Below are positions 1 through 7,730 of a stretch of 64,000 bases of DNA, piece after piece; positions within the stretch are counted from its first letter, which is position 1; each line of letters opens with the position of its first letter. Below the pieces are notes generated by a model, which did no database searches, was not told where the DNA came from, and was given only the letters and a program-made list of their open reading frames with translations. The stretch comes from an uncultured Thermoleophilaceae bacterium (GTDB lineage: Bacteria; Actinomycetota; Thermoleophilia; Solirubrobacterales; Thermoleophilaceae). Location of the stretch: NCBI GenBank assembly GCA_963770325.1, contig CAVYPF010000003.1, positions 52,439-116,438 on the forward strand, in the 5' to 3' direction. A program made the translations under genes and the position numbers.

Positions 1-680
1 TCGGCGAGCACCACGCGCTCCACGGAGCCCGCGCCCTCGAAGCGCTCGAGGCCCACGCCGCCGCGGAAGTCCACGCCGTGCTCGATGTGCAGGTCGCGGT
101 AGATCGAGCCGACCTCGCGGCCGAGCACGCGCTCGAGCGGAACGTCGCCCATCTCGACCAGCGTCACGTCGAGCCCCAGCTGGCGCGCGGAGGCGGCCAC
201 CTCGGCGCCGATCCAGCCCGCCCCGATCACCGTCAGGCGCCCGCCCGACTTGAACCGCTCGCGCAGCAGGTCGGAGTCCTGCAGATCGCGCAGGTAGTGG
301 ATCCCGCCCAGCTCGTGACCCGGCAGGTCGATCCGGCGCGGAGCCGAGCCCGTGGCGATCAGCAGCGAGTCGAAGCGCAGCCGCTCGCCCGACTCGAGCA
401 CCACCTCGGACGCGCCGGTGTCGATCGCGGCCACCGAGGTGGCCGTGCGCAGCTCGATCGCGTGCTCGTCGTAGAAGCCCTCGTCGTGGACGTAGACCTT
501 GTCGAGGCCGGCCTCCCCGCGCAGGTAGTCCTTCGACAGCGGCGGGCGCTCGTAGGGGCGCTCGGCCTCGGCGCCGATCAGCACCAGGCGGCCGTCGAAG
601 CCCTCGGCGCGCAGCGTCTCGGCTGCCTTGGCGCCGGTGAGCGATGCGCCCACGATCACGAATGTCTTCTCTGCGGCCAT
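1..680 (-). CDS. FAD/NAD(P)-binding pyridine nucleotide-disulfide oxidoreductase (ferredoxin/rubredoxin reductase-like); C-terminal part runs off the window
   Basis: Own translation of the minus strand from ATG at 680-678: MAAEKTFVIVGASLTGAKAAETLRAEGFDGRLVLIGAE..RPYERPPLSKDYL. A second dinucleotide fold reads VIGAGWIGAEVAA. Absent from the ORF track because it is cut by the window edge. Confidence 0.8.
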   Translation of the reverse strand, partial: MAAEKTFVIVGASLTGAKAAETLRAEGFDGRLVLIGAEAERPYERPPLSKDYLRGEAGLDKVYVHDEGFYDEHAIELRTATSVAAIDTGASEVVLESGERLRFDSLLIATGSAPRRIDLPGHELGGIHYLRDLQDSDLLRERFKSGGRLTVIGAGWIGAEVAASARQLGLDVTLVEMGDVPLERVLGREVGSIYRDLHIEHGVDFRGGVGLERFEGAGSVERVVLA

Positions 681-690
681 GACGGTCTCC

Positions 691-1296
691 TTACGAGGTC
701 AGCCCGGTGAGGGCGAGGAACTCCTGTCTCGTGCGCGGGTCCTCGCGAACGAGGCCGTGCAGCGCCGATGTGACCGTCCGAGAGCCGGGCTTCTGCACCC
801 CGCGCAGCGACATGCACATGTGCTCGGCCTCGATCACCACCCCCACGCCCTTGGGGCTGAGGTTGTCCCTCAGCCAGTCGGCCACCTGGCAGGTGAGGCG
901 CTCCTGAAGCTGGAGCTCGCGCGCGAACAGCTCCACCACGCGCGCCAGCTTGGACAGGCCGATGATCCGGTCCCCCGGCAGGTAGGCCACGTGCGCGACG
1001 CCGTGGAACGGCAGCAGATGGTGCATGCAGAGCGAGTGGAAAGGGATCTCGCGCGCGAGGACGAGCTCGTCGTAGCCCTCCTCGTTGGGGAACGTGGTGA
1101 GGCTGAACGGCTGCGCCGTGAGCAGCTCGGCGTAGGCGCCGGCCATGCGGCGAGGCGTGTCCCGCAGGCCCTCGGTCTCGAGGTCGGCGCCGAGCGCGCG
1201 CAGCAGGTCGGCGGCGGCCGCCTCGGCGGCGGGCAGGTCGATCCCGCCGTCCGGCGGGACCACGTGCAGGTGGGTCTGGATTGGGTCGGCGGTCAA
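691..1296 (-). CDS. folE: GTP cyclohydrolase I
   Basis: 201-aa ORF with a FolE-type core (..FHSLCMHHLLPFHGVAHVAYLPGDRIIGLSKLARVV..). The TTG start overlaps the upstream stop (ATTTGA). Confidence 0.9.
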   Translation of the reverse strand: MTADPIQTHLHVVPPDGGIDLPAAEAAAADLLRALGADLETEGLRDTPRRMAGAYAELLTAQPFSLTTFPNEEGYDELVLAREIPFHSLCMHHLLPFHGVAHVAYLPGDRIIGLSKLARVVELFARELQLQERLTCQVADWLRDNLSPKGVGVVIEAEHMCMSLRGVQKPGSRTVTSALHGLVREDPRTRQEFLALTGLTS

Positions 1297-1910
1297 ATGA
1301 CCAGCTCCTCGATGGTTGCCTTGCAGTGGCGCGCGACGGGGTCGTGCGCCACTCCTGTAAGTCGTGCCCGGGTCCCCGATCCGGCCAGCACGCCCTCGGC
1401 CACCGCCATCGCGAGCCCGCAGAGGAGTTCCGGCTGGTCGGGTAGCACGAGGCGGCAGGGACAGGCGGTGAGCAGCAGCTCGCCGTCTTCCACGCGTGCC
1501 TGGAAGCCCAGTCGCTCCAGCGCTGCGGGCAGGGTGCGCTCGATCTCACTGTGGCCGGGGCGGCCGGCGAGGTAACGGCCCCAGTCGCTCCCCAGCCGGC
1601 GCAGCTCGGCGGGGTCCTGGCCGCTCCGCGCGACGGCCACCGCGAGCAGCTCCGCCAGGCCACGAAAATCGGTCGTCGGCAGCGTGTAGTCGTCATCAAG
1701 GCGATAACGAAGCGGAGGCCTGCCCCGTCCTCCGGCAGGCTGCTGCTCAGCGACCAGAAGCCCGGCGGCCTCCAGTGCGGTCACGTGCGTGCGCGCGGTG
1801 TTGAGGTGGACGCCGGCCGCGTCGGCCAGCTCAGTGAGCGACGCCGGGCCCTCGGAGAGCCGTCGGACTATCTGTAGCCGAGTGGGGTCGGCGATCGTGT
1901 CGATATTCAA
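1293..1910 (-). CDS. ArsR-type winged-helix transcriptional regulator with an extra C-terminal domain
   Basis: N-terminus DPTRLQIVRRLSEGPASLTELADAAGVHLNTARTHVTALEAAGLL is a typical ArsR/SmtB HTH. TTG start. Confidence 0.7.
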   Translation of the reverse strand: MNIDTIADPTRLQIVRRLSEGPASLTELADAAGVHLNTARTHVTALEAAGLLVAEQQPAGGRGRPPLRYRLDDDYTLPTTDFRGLAELLAVAVARSGQDPAELRRLGSDWGRYLAGRPGHSEIERTLPAALERLGFQARVEDGELLLTACPCRLVLPDQPELLCGLAMAVAEGVLAGSGTRARLTGVAHDPVARHCKATIEELVI

Positions 1911-1919
1911 CAGAAGCGC

Positions 1920-1948
1920 AGAATATCATCTAATTTTTTGTAGGTAAA
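1920..1948 (-). promoter_or_regulatory. Candidate sigma-70-type promoter for the arsR-like/folE operon
   Basis: Only AT-rich stretch in the window. The minus strand reads TTTACC-17 nt-TATTCT, ending 9 nt before the TTG start. Confidence 0.3.
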
Positions 1949-1951
1949 GAC

Positions 1952-3805
1952 TCAGCGCTTCGTGGCCGCCACCAGCGTGAAGCGCACCGTCTTGGCGACC
2001 GAGCGGTTGCCCCCACTGTCGACGGAGACGAGGCTGAGGCGGTACTTGCCGGGCCTGAGCTTCTTGTGGCGGCTGAGGCGGCCCTGGAAGCTGACCTTGT
2101 GGGTGCCGGCGGCCGTGCTGTAAACGAGGCTGGGCTTGGCGTTCACGTACCGAGAGCAGCGACGCTTGTGGCTGCGCGCCTTTGTGGACCGCAGGCAGCG
2201 CTTGCCCACGCGCCGGCCCGGGAGCACGCGCGCGAAGGTGAGCGTGGTCTTGGACGCCTCGCTGACCTTGAAGCTGATCGTGGTGCCCACCGGCGTGAGC
2301 CGGCTGAGGTGCGGCAGCGCCGACCCGAGCGCGAAGGTGGTGCGGCTCAGGCGCAGGGACGAGACCGTCGGCGGCGTCTTGTCGCTGCCGCCTCCACCGC
2401 CTCCGCCGCCGCCGGCACCCGCCGGGAGGTCGACCACCGCGGCGACGATCGAGCGCGGATCGGCGGCGCCACCGTTGCCCTGCGCGAATCCCACGGCCAC
2501 GTTGCCGGCCGCGCTGCTTGCCGCGCCCACGCCACCGATCACCACCGGGCCGGCGGTGGCGAGCGACAGCGTCTGCTGGGCCCCGAGCGTCCCGCCGATG
2601 TCCTCACGCGTCACGACCGTGGTGGCCGCGGCGCCGCCGGTGGTATCGACCCATGCGATGAGCCCGTTGCCGTTGTCTGCGATGGCCGGCACGGGGAAGG
2701 CGGCCCCGGTGGGTGTCCCCGCATCGACGCGGAAGCCCGGCGTCCAGGTTCCAGCGCTCAAGCTCGAGCCGAACACCTGGAAGGAGAGCTGGCGCGGCAA
2801 CCCCACTAGCCCCTTGCCGGATCCGTTCACGTCGATGCGCGGGAACTCGGCGCCTTCCGTCGGATTGTCGGCCGGAAGGCCGTCAAGGACCTGGGTGGTG
2901 CTCAGCGTGCCGCCGTTCAGCTGCCGGGCCAGGTCCCGCGGCCTGTTGGTGGCGCCGTACACGAACATCTGCCGGAACACGACCCAGGGGCTGGCCGTGT
3001 CGCCACCGTCGATGTCCACGTGATCGGCGCTGCCCTGCGCGTCGGCGTGGCCGTCGAGGGTGGCGATGCTGGCCTCCGCGTCGGTCGTGGCGGGCGTCGT
3101 GCCCGTTATGCGCCGCACGAAGACGTGCGGTTTCATACCGGCGTCCTTCTCGGGCCAGGCGGCCACCGCGTTGCCGGCCGAGTCGACGGCCACGCGCGCG
3201 CCGGTGTCGCGCCCCGACCCGCCGGCGTCGTCGGCCTGCACGTCGTCGAGCACCGGCGCGATCGCCGTCCAGGTCGAGCCAGAGAGCCGGGCCGCGTGCA
3301 CGTCGCCGCCCATGTTCGCCGCCGTGAAGACCGTGTAGGCCACGCCGCTGACGGGGTCCATGGCCACGTCGGAGTCCATCACGAGCGTGTCGGTGGTCGC
3401 GTCGGGCGTGCCGACCGTGAAGCCGCTGGCGCTGTTGGGCGCCAGCGCGGCCCTCAGGTTGCCGAGGCCCGCGACGGGCTTGTTCACGAACGTGACCACC
3501 ACTCGCCCGCCGTTGCCGGCCGCGACGTGCGGGAACTGCGACGGATCGGCCAGGCCCACGTCGGCCTGCTGGCCCGCCCCCCACGCCCCGTTCGCGAAGC
3601 GCGAGACGAAGATGTGGTTCACGCCCGCGATCTTCTTCGTGTAGGCGATGGCGCCTGTCCCGTCCGGCGCCATGTCGATGTCGCCGAACTGCACGATGTC
3701 GGCACTCGGGCCGTCGATCGCCTTGCCGGGGACGATGGCCGCGTGGGCGGTCGCCGGGATGGCTAGGAGAAGCGCTGTTACGAGGGCCAGTCGTGCGCGG
3801 CGCAC
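1952..3805 (-). CDS. Secreted repeat protein (beta-propeller-like N-region), Gly9 linker and basic C-terminal module; function unknown
   Basis: Signal peptide MRRARLALVTALLLAIPATAHA. A long Gly/Ala/Val-rich repetitive region is followed by GGGGGGGGG. A ~130-aa C-terminal domain (..KVSFQGRLSRHKKLRPGKYRLSLVSV..) is shared with the proteins at 59974-61311 and 61410-62762. Confidence 0.7.
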   Translation of the reverse strand: MRRARLALVTALLLAIPATAHAAIVPGKAIDGPSADIVQFGDIDMAPDGTGAIAYTKKIAGVNHIFVSRFANGAWGAGQQADVGLADPSQFPHVAAGNGGRVVVTFVNKPVAGLGNLRAALAPNSASGFTVGTPDATTDTLVMDSDVAMDPVSGVAYTVFTAANMGGDVHAARLSGSTWTAIAPVLDDVQADDAGGSGRDTGARVAVDSAGNAVAAWPEKDAGMKPHVFVRRITGTTPATTDAEASIATLDGHADAQGSADHVDIDGGDTASPWVVFRQMFVYGATNRPRDLARQLNGGTLSTTQVLDGLPADNPTEGAEFPRIDVNGSGKGLVGLPRQLSFQVFGSSLSAGTWTPGFRVDAGTPTGAAFPVPAIADNGNGLIAWVDTTGGAAATTVVTREDIGGTLGAQQTLSLATAGPVVIGGVGAASSAAGNVAVGFAQGNGGAADPRSIVAAVVDLPAGAGGGGGGGGGSDKTPPTVSSLRLSRTTFALGSALPHLSRLTPVGTTISFKVSEASKTTLTFARVLPGRRVGKRCLRSTKARSHKRRCSRYVNAKPSLVYSTAAGTHKVSFQGRLSRHKKLRPGKYRLSLVSVDSGGNRSVAKTVRFTLVAATKR

Positions 3806-3820
3806 GCCCGCGAGCCTACC

Positions 3821-4570
3821 TCAGATCATCGCGAGGCCACCGGAGACGCCGAGCGCCTGGCCGGTGACGAACGACGCATCGTCCGAGGCGAGGAAGGCGA
3901 TCGCCGCGGCCACCTCGTCCGGTTGGCCGAGTCGGCGGAGCACGGTGGAGTTGACCATCGTGTCCACCAGCTTCTGCCCAACGTCGCCGAGGACCTCCGG
4001 CGCCTGCATCAACAGGGGCGTCTCGATCGGGCCCGGCGCCACCGCGTTGCAGGTGATCCCATAGCGAGCCCCCTCGCGCGCGATCGCCTTGGTGAAGCCC
4101 ACCACCCCGCCCTTCGCGGCGGAGTAGACGGCCGAGCCCGAGGAGCCCACGCGCCCGGCCTCGGAGGCCACGTTCACGATGCGCCCGCGGCGGCGCTCCT
4201 GCATCCCCGGCAGCACCGCGTGGGTCACCGCGATCACGCCGCGCAGGTTCACGCCCAGCACCCGGTCCCACATCGGCTCCTCGGTCTTCACGAAGAACGA
4301 GAACTCGTCGTAGCCGGCGTTGTTCACCAGCACGTCGATCGGGCCGAGCTCCTTCTCGATCGCCTCCACAGCGGCGCCGATCGAGTCCGTGGAGGTCACG
4401 TCCAGCTCGAATGCGCCGCCGTCGAGGTCGCCCGCCACCTCGCGCGCGCCGTCCAGGTTCTTGTCGGTGACCGCCACGCGCGCGCCCTCGGCCGCGAGCC
4501 GCCGGGAGGTGGCGGCGCCGATGCCGCTGCCCCCGCCGGTGACCAGCGCGATCCGCCCTTCGAGCCTCAT
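3821..4570 (-). CDS. Short-chain dehydrogenase/reductase (FabG-like 3-oxoacyl reductase family)
   Basis: TGGGSGIG cofactor motif, NNAG, and a Y-x3-K catalytic pair (YSAAK). Confidence 0.85.
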   Translation of the reverse strand: MRLEGRIALVTGGGSGIGAATSRRLAAEGARVAVTDKNLDGAREVAGDLDGGAFELDVTSTDSIGAAVEAIEKELGPIDVLVNNAGYDEFSFFVKTEEPMWDRVLGVNLRGVIAVTHAVLPGMQERRRGRIVNVASEAGRVGSSGSAVYSAAKGGVVGFTKAIAREGARYGITCNAVAPGPIETPLLMQAPEVLGDVGQKLVDTMVNSTVLRRLGQPDEVAAAIAFLASDDASFVTGQALGVSGGLAMI

Positions 4571-4604
4571 GGCGCGGGAGACTAACCGCTAGGCTCGCGG
4601 ACCC

Positions 4605-5288
4605 GTGAGCTCCCCGACGGTCCCGATCATCGGCGGTACAGGCGCGCTCGGCTTCGGCCTTGCGCTGCGCTTCGCGCAGGTCGGCGTGCCGATCGTTATC
4701 GGGTCGCGCCGTATCGACGCGGCCGAGGAGGCGGCGGAGAAGTTGCGCGCGCGCGTGCCCGGCGCTGAGGTGGAGGGGCTCCACAACGGCGACGCCGCGA
4801 AGCGCGGCCCGCTCGTGATCCTCTCGGTGCCGTTCAGGGCGCAGTCGGAGATCCTGACCAACCTGAAGGGGTCACTCGAGCCCGACCAGATCCTGGTGGA
4901 CGCCACCGTGCCGCTCGCCGCCGCGGTGTCGGGCAAGGCCACGCGCCTGCTCGGCGTGCCCCAGGGCTCGGCGGCCGAGCAGGCCGCGGAGATGGCGCCG
5001 GAGGGCGTGCGGGTGCTGAGCGCGTTCCACTCGGTGAGCGCCGCAAAGCTGGGCGACCTCGAGCACGAGCTCGACGAGGACGTGCTGATCGTCGGCGACG
5101 ACCGCCCGGCCAAGCGGACGCTGGCCGAGCTGGTCCATCAGATCCCGGGCCTGCGGCCGGTGGACTGCGGCAAGCTCGAGCTGGCGCGCATGATCGAGGC
5201 CCTCACGCCGCTGCTGATCTCGGTGAACGTCCGGCACAAGGCACACGCCGGCGTGAAGCTCACCGGGCTGCCCGACGTCACGTGGTAG
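4605..5288 (+). CDS. npdG: NADPH-dependent F420 reductase (Fno/NpdG family)
   Basis: N-terminus IIGGTGALGFGLALRFAQVGVPIVIGSR and overall length match the NpdG family. The 3' end overlaps the cofD start. Confidence 0.8.
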   Translation: MSSPTVPIIGGTGALGFGLALRFAQVGVPIVIGSRRIDAAEEAAEKLRARVPGAEVEGLHNGDAAKRGPLVILSVPFRAQSEILTNLKGSLEPDQILVDATVPLAAAVSGKATRLLGVPQGSAAEQAAEMAPEGVRVLSAFHSVSAAKLGDLEHELDEDVLIVGDDRPAKRTLAELVHQIPGLRPVDCGKLELARMIEALTPLLISVNVRHKAHAGVKLTGLPDVTW

Positions 5289-6199
5289 TCGTCCTCGCCG
5301 GCGGCACGGGCGGCGCCAAGCTCGCCCGCGGGATGCTCGACGTGGTGGGCGCGGACGATCTGACGGTGATCGCCAACACGGGCGACGACGTGGAGATCTA
5401 TGGCGTGCACGTCTCGCCCGACCCGGACCTCGTGACCTGGTGGCTGGCGGACCTGATCGATGAGCGCGGCTGGGGCATCGCCGGCGACAGCTGGGAGGTG
5501 ATGTCGGCGCTCGAGGCCGCGGGCCGTCCCGCCTGGTTCCGACTGGGCGACCGCGACCTGGCGATGTGTCTGCTGCGCACTCAACGCATGCGCGAGGGCG
5601 GGCGCCAGACCGAGGGCCAGGCGGAGGTCTCACAGGCCGTCGGCGTGGAGGCCCGCGTGCTGCCGATGTCCGACGAGCCCGTGCGCACGCGCGTGAAGCT
5701 GGGCGGCCGCTGGCTGGCCTTCCAGGAGTTCATGATCTCCGAGGGCGGCCGCAGCGGCGGCGAGGTGGAGGGCGTGGAGCTCGACGGCATCGCCTCGGCA
5801 AGCCCGAGCCCCGAGGCGCTGGAGGCGATCGCCGCCGCCGACGCGATCGTGATCGGCCCCTCGAACCCGGTGATCTCGATCGGCCCGATCCTGGCGGTGC
5901 CGGGCATGCGCGAGGCGATCGCCGCCGCGGAGGCCCCGGTGGTCGCCGTCAGCCCCTTCGTGGGAGGCCATTCCGTGAAGGGCCCGACCGAGGATTTCTG
6001 CCGCTTCGCGGGGCTGCCGCTGGGCACCCAGGGCGCGATCGAGGCGTACGCGGGAGTGGTCGACGGGGTGGTGGCGGACGAGCCCGGTGAAGGAGCGCCG
6101 GTGCACGTCACGAACACGCTGATGACCACCCCCGAGGAGCGCCGTCAGCTTGCCCAAAACACCCTGGAGTTTGCGGAAAGCGTCCCGAAAAGGGCATGA
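5282..6199 (+). CDS. cofD: 2-phospho-L-lactate (or EPPG) transferase, F420 biosynthesis
   Basis: VVVLAGGTGGAKLARGM..IANTGDD motif set of CofD/FbiA. GTG start overlaps the npdG stop. Confidence 0.9.
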   Translation: MVVVLAGGTGGAKLARGMLDVVGADDLTVIANTGDDVEIYGVHVSPDPDLVTWWLADLIDERGWGIAGDSWEVMSALEAAGRPAWFRLGDRDLAMCLLRTQRMREGGRQTEGQAEVSQAVGVEARVLPMSDEPVRTRVKLGGRWLAFQEFMISEGGRSGGEVEGVELDGIASASPSPEALEAIAAADAIVIGPSNPVISIGPILAVPGMREAIAAAEAPVVAVSPFVGGHSVKGPTEDFCRFAGLPLGTQGAIEAYAGVVDGVVADEPGEGAPVHVTNTLMTTPEERRQLAQNTLEFAESVPKRA

Positions 6200-6248
6200 T
6201 GGGCATCCCGGTCAGCCGCTAGAGTCGAAGCGAACCGGGAATCGGCCC

Positions 6249-6977
6249 ATGCGTACAGCCGCAATCCTCCCAATCAAGAGCTTCGCAGCGGCGAAGCAGC
6301 GTCTCGCGCCGGCCCTCGGCAGCGGGTCTCGTCAGGCTCTCGCCCAGGCGATGTTCTCGGATGTCCTCAGCGCGCTCAAGAAGGTCGATCGCCTGGAGAC
6401 CATCGCCGTGGTCACCGGCGACCCGGCGGCGGATGCCGCCTCGCGCGGCGACCGGGTCACGGTTGTGCACGACTCGCTGGAGGCCGGCCAGTCCGCGGCG
6501 GCGGCCGTCGGCATCAGGCACGCGATCGCGCTGGGGTTCGAGCGCGTGCTGCTCGTGCCGGGCGACACGCCGCTGATCGACCCGCTCGAGATCGAGGCCC
6601 TGCTCGCCCACGGGGAGGCCGACGGAATGCCGGTGGTGATCGTGCCCGACCGCCACGGCACCGGCACCAACGCCCTGATGATCACGCCACCCGAGGCCTT
6701 CAAGCCGAGCTTCGGGCCGGACAGCCTGAACCGCCATGTCAGCGCCGCCCAGGAGGCGGGCCTGATGCACAGCGTCGAGGAGGTCCCGTCGCTGCTGCAC
6801 GACGTGGACACGCCCGACGACCTCGCATCGCTGGCCGTGCTGCTCGACGAGCGCCGCGCCTGCGCCCCGCTGACGCGCGGCGCGCTGCGCCAGCTCGACC
6901 GCCTGCGGGCCAGCCGGCGCTTCGGCCCGGACGAGATGGCCGCCGAGCTCGACGTCGAGCCGCCCGTCGAGGTCTAG
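6249..6977 (+). CDS. cofC: F420 biosynthesis guanylyltransferase (CofC/FbiD)
   Basis: MRTAAILPIKSFAAAKQRL.. N-terminus and the ..LLVPGDTPLI.. motif. ATG at 6249 chosen inside the longer track ORF (6150). Confidence 0.8.
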   Translation: MRTAAILPIKSFAAAKQRLAPALGSGSRQALAQAMFSDVLSALKKVDRLETIAVVTGDPAADAASRGDRVTVVHDSLEAGQSAAAAVGIRHAIALGFERVLLVPGDTPLIDPLEIEALLAHGEADGMPVVIVPDRHGTGTNALMITPPEAFKPSFGPDSLNRHVSAAQEAGLMHSVEEVPSLLHDVDTPDDLASLAVLLDERRACAPLTRGALRQLDRLRASRRFGPDEMAAELDVEPPVEV

Positions 6978-7010
6978 GGCCTGGAGCTCATCGCCACCGC
7001 TCTCGCCGGC

Positions 7011-7730
7011 TTGCCGGAGGTGCGGCCCGGCGACGACCTTGCAGCGCTCGTGGCGTCCGCCTGCCCGGCCGACCTGGGTGACGGCGACGTGCTGGTGGTC
7101 ACGAGCAAGGTGGTGTCGAAGGCGGAGGGGCGCTTCGTGCGCCTCGCCGACGTCGCGCCCGGGGCGGAGGCCGAGCGGATCGCCGCCGATCAGGAGAAGG
7201 ACGCCCGGCTGGTGCAGGTGATCCTGGACGAGTCCGCCGAGCTCCTGCGCGTCACGAGCGGCGTGATCATCTCCGAGACGCGACACGGCTTCGTGTGCGC
7301 CAACGCGGGCGTTGACGCCTCCAACGTGCCGGACGAGGACCAGGTGCTGCTGCTGCCCGTGGACCCCGACGCCTCCGCCCGCGCGCTGAGGGCCGGCATC
7401 GCGGAGGCCCGCGGCGTGCGCCCGGCCGTGCTGGTGTCCGACAGCTTCGGGCGCGCCTGGCGCATCGGCCAGTCCGACGTGGCTATCGGCGCCGCGGGGT
7501 TCGCGGTGCTCGACGACTGGCGCGGGCGCCACGACGCCAACGGGCGGCCGCTCACCGCCACCGCGCTGGCGGTGGCCGACAGCGTGGCCGGCACCGCCGA
7601 TCTCGCACGCTCCAAGGACGGCGGCGAGCCCGTGGTGCTGGTGCGCGGCCTCGACCGCTTCGTGCTGCCCGACGACGGCCCCGGCGCGGCCGCACTGCGC
7701 CGCCCGCACGAGCAGGACCTGTTCCGCTAG
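7011..7730 (+). CDS. cofE: F420-0:gamma-glutamyl ligase, single-domain (no nitroreductase-like C-terminal domain)
   Basis: GLPEVRPGDDLAALV..VVTSKVVSKAEGR..HGFVCANAGVDASN are CofE motifs. The true start is probably upstream of the TTG at 7011 (see findings). Confidence 0.85.
   Translation: MPEVRPGDDLAALVASACPADLGDGDVLVVTSKVVSKAEGRFVRLADVAPGAEAERIAADQEKDARLVQVILDESAELLRVTSGVIISETRHGFVCANAGVDASNVPDEDQVLLLPVDPDASARALRAGIAEARGVRPAVLVSDSFGRAWRIGQSDVAIGAAGFAVLDDWRGRHDANGRPLTATALAVADSVAGTADLARSKDGGEPVVLVRGLDRFVLPDDGPGAAALRRPHEQDLFR

Noticed and set aside
656-1699. 347-aa minus-strand ORF spanning folE and the ArsR-like gene.
   Set aside because: It is out of frame with two well-supported genes and has a low-complexity Arg/Pro/Ala composition.
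6975-6977. Pyrrolysine or another recoding of the TAG between cofC and cofE.
   Set aside because: There is no pyl machinery in view. TAG is clearly used as an ordinary stop many times in this window, including six shared CTAG stops. It is kept only as a low-probability read-through option in the findings.
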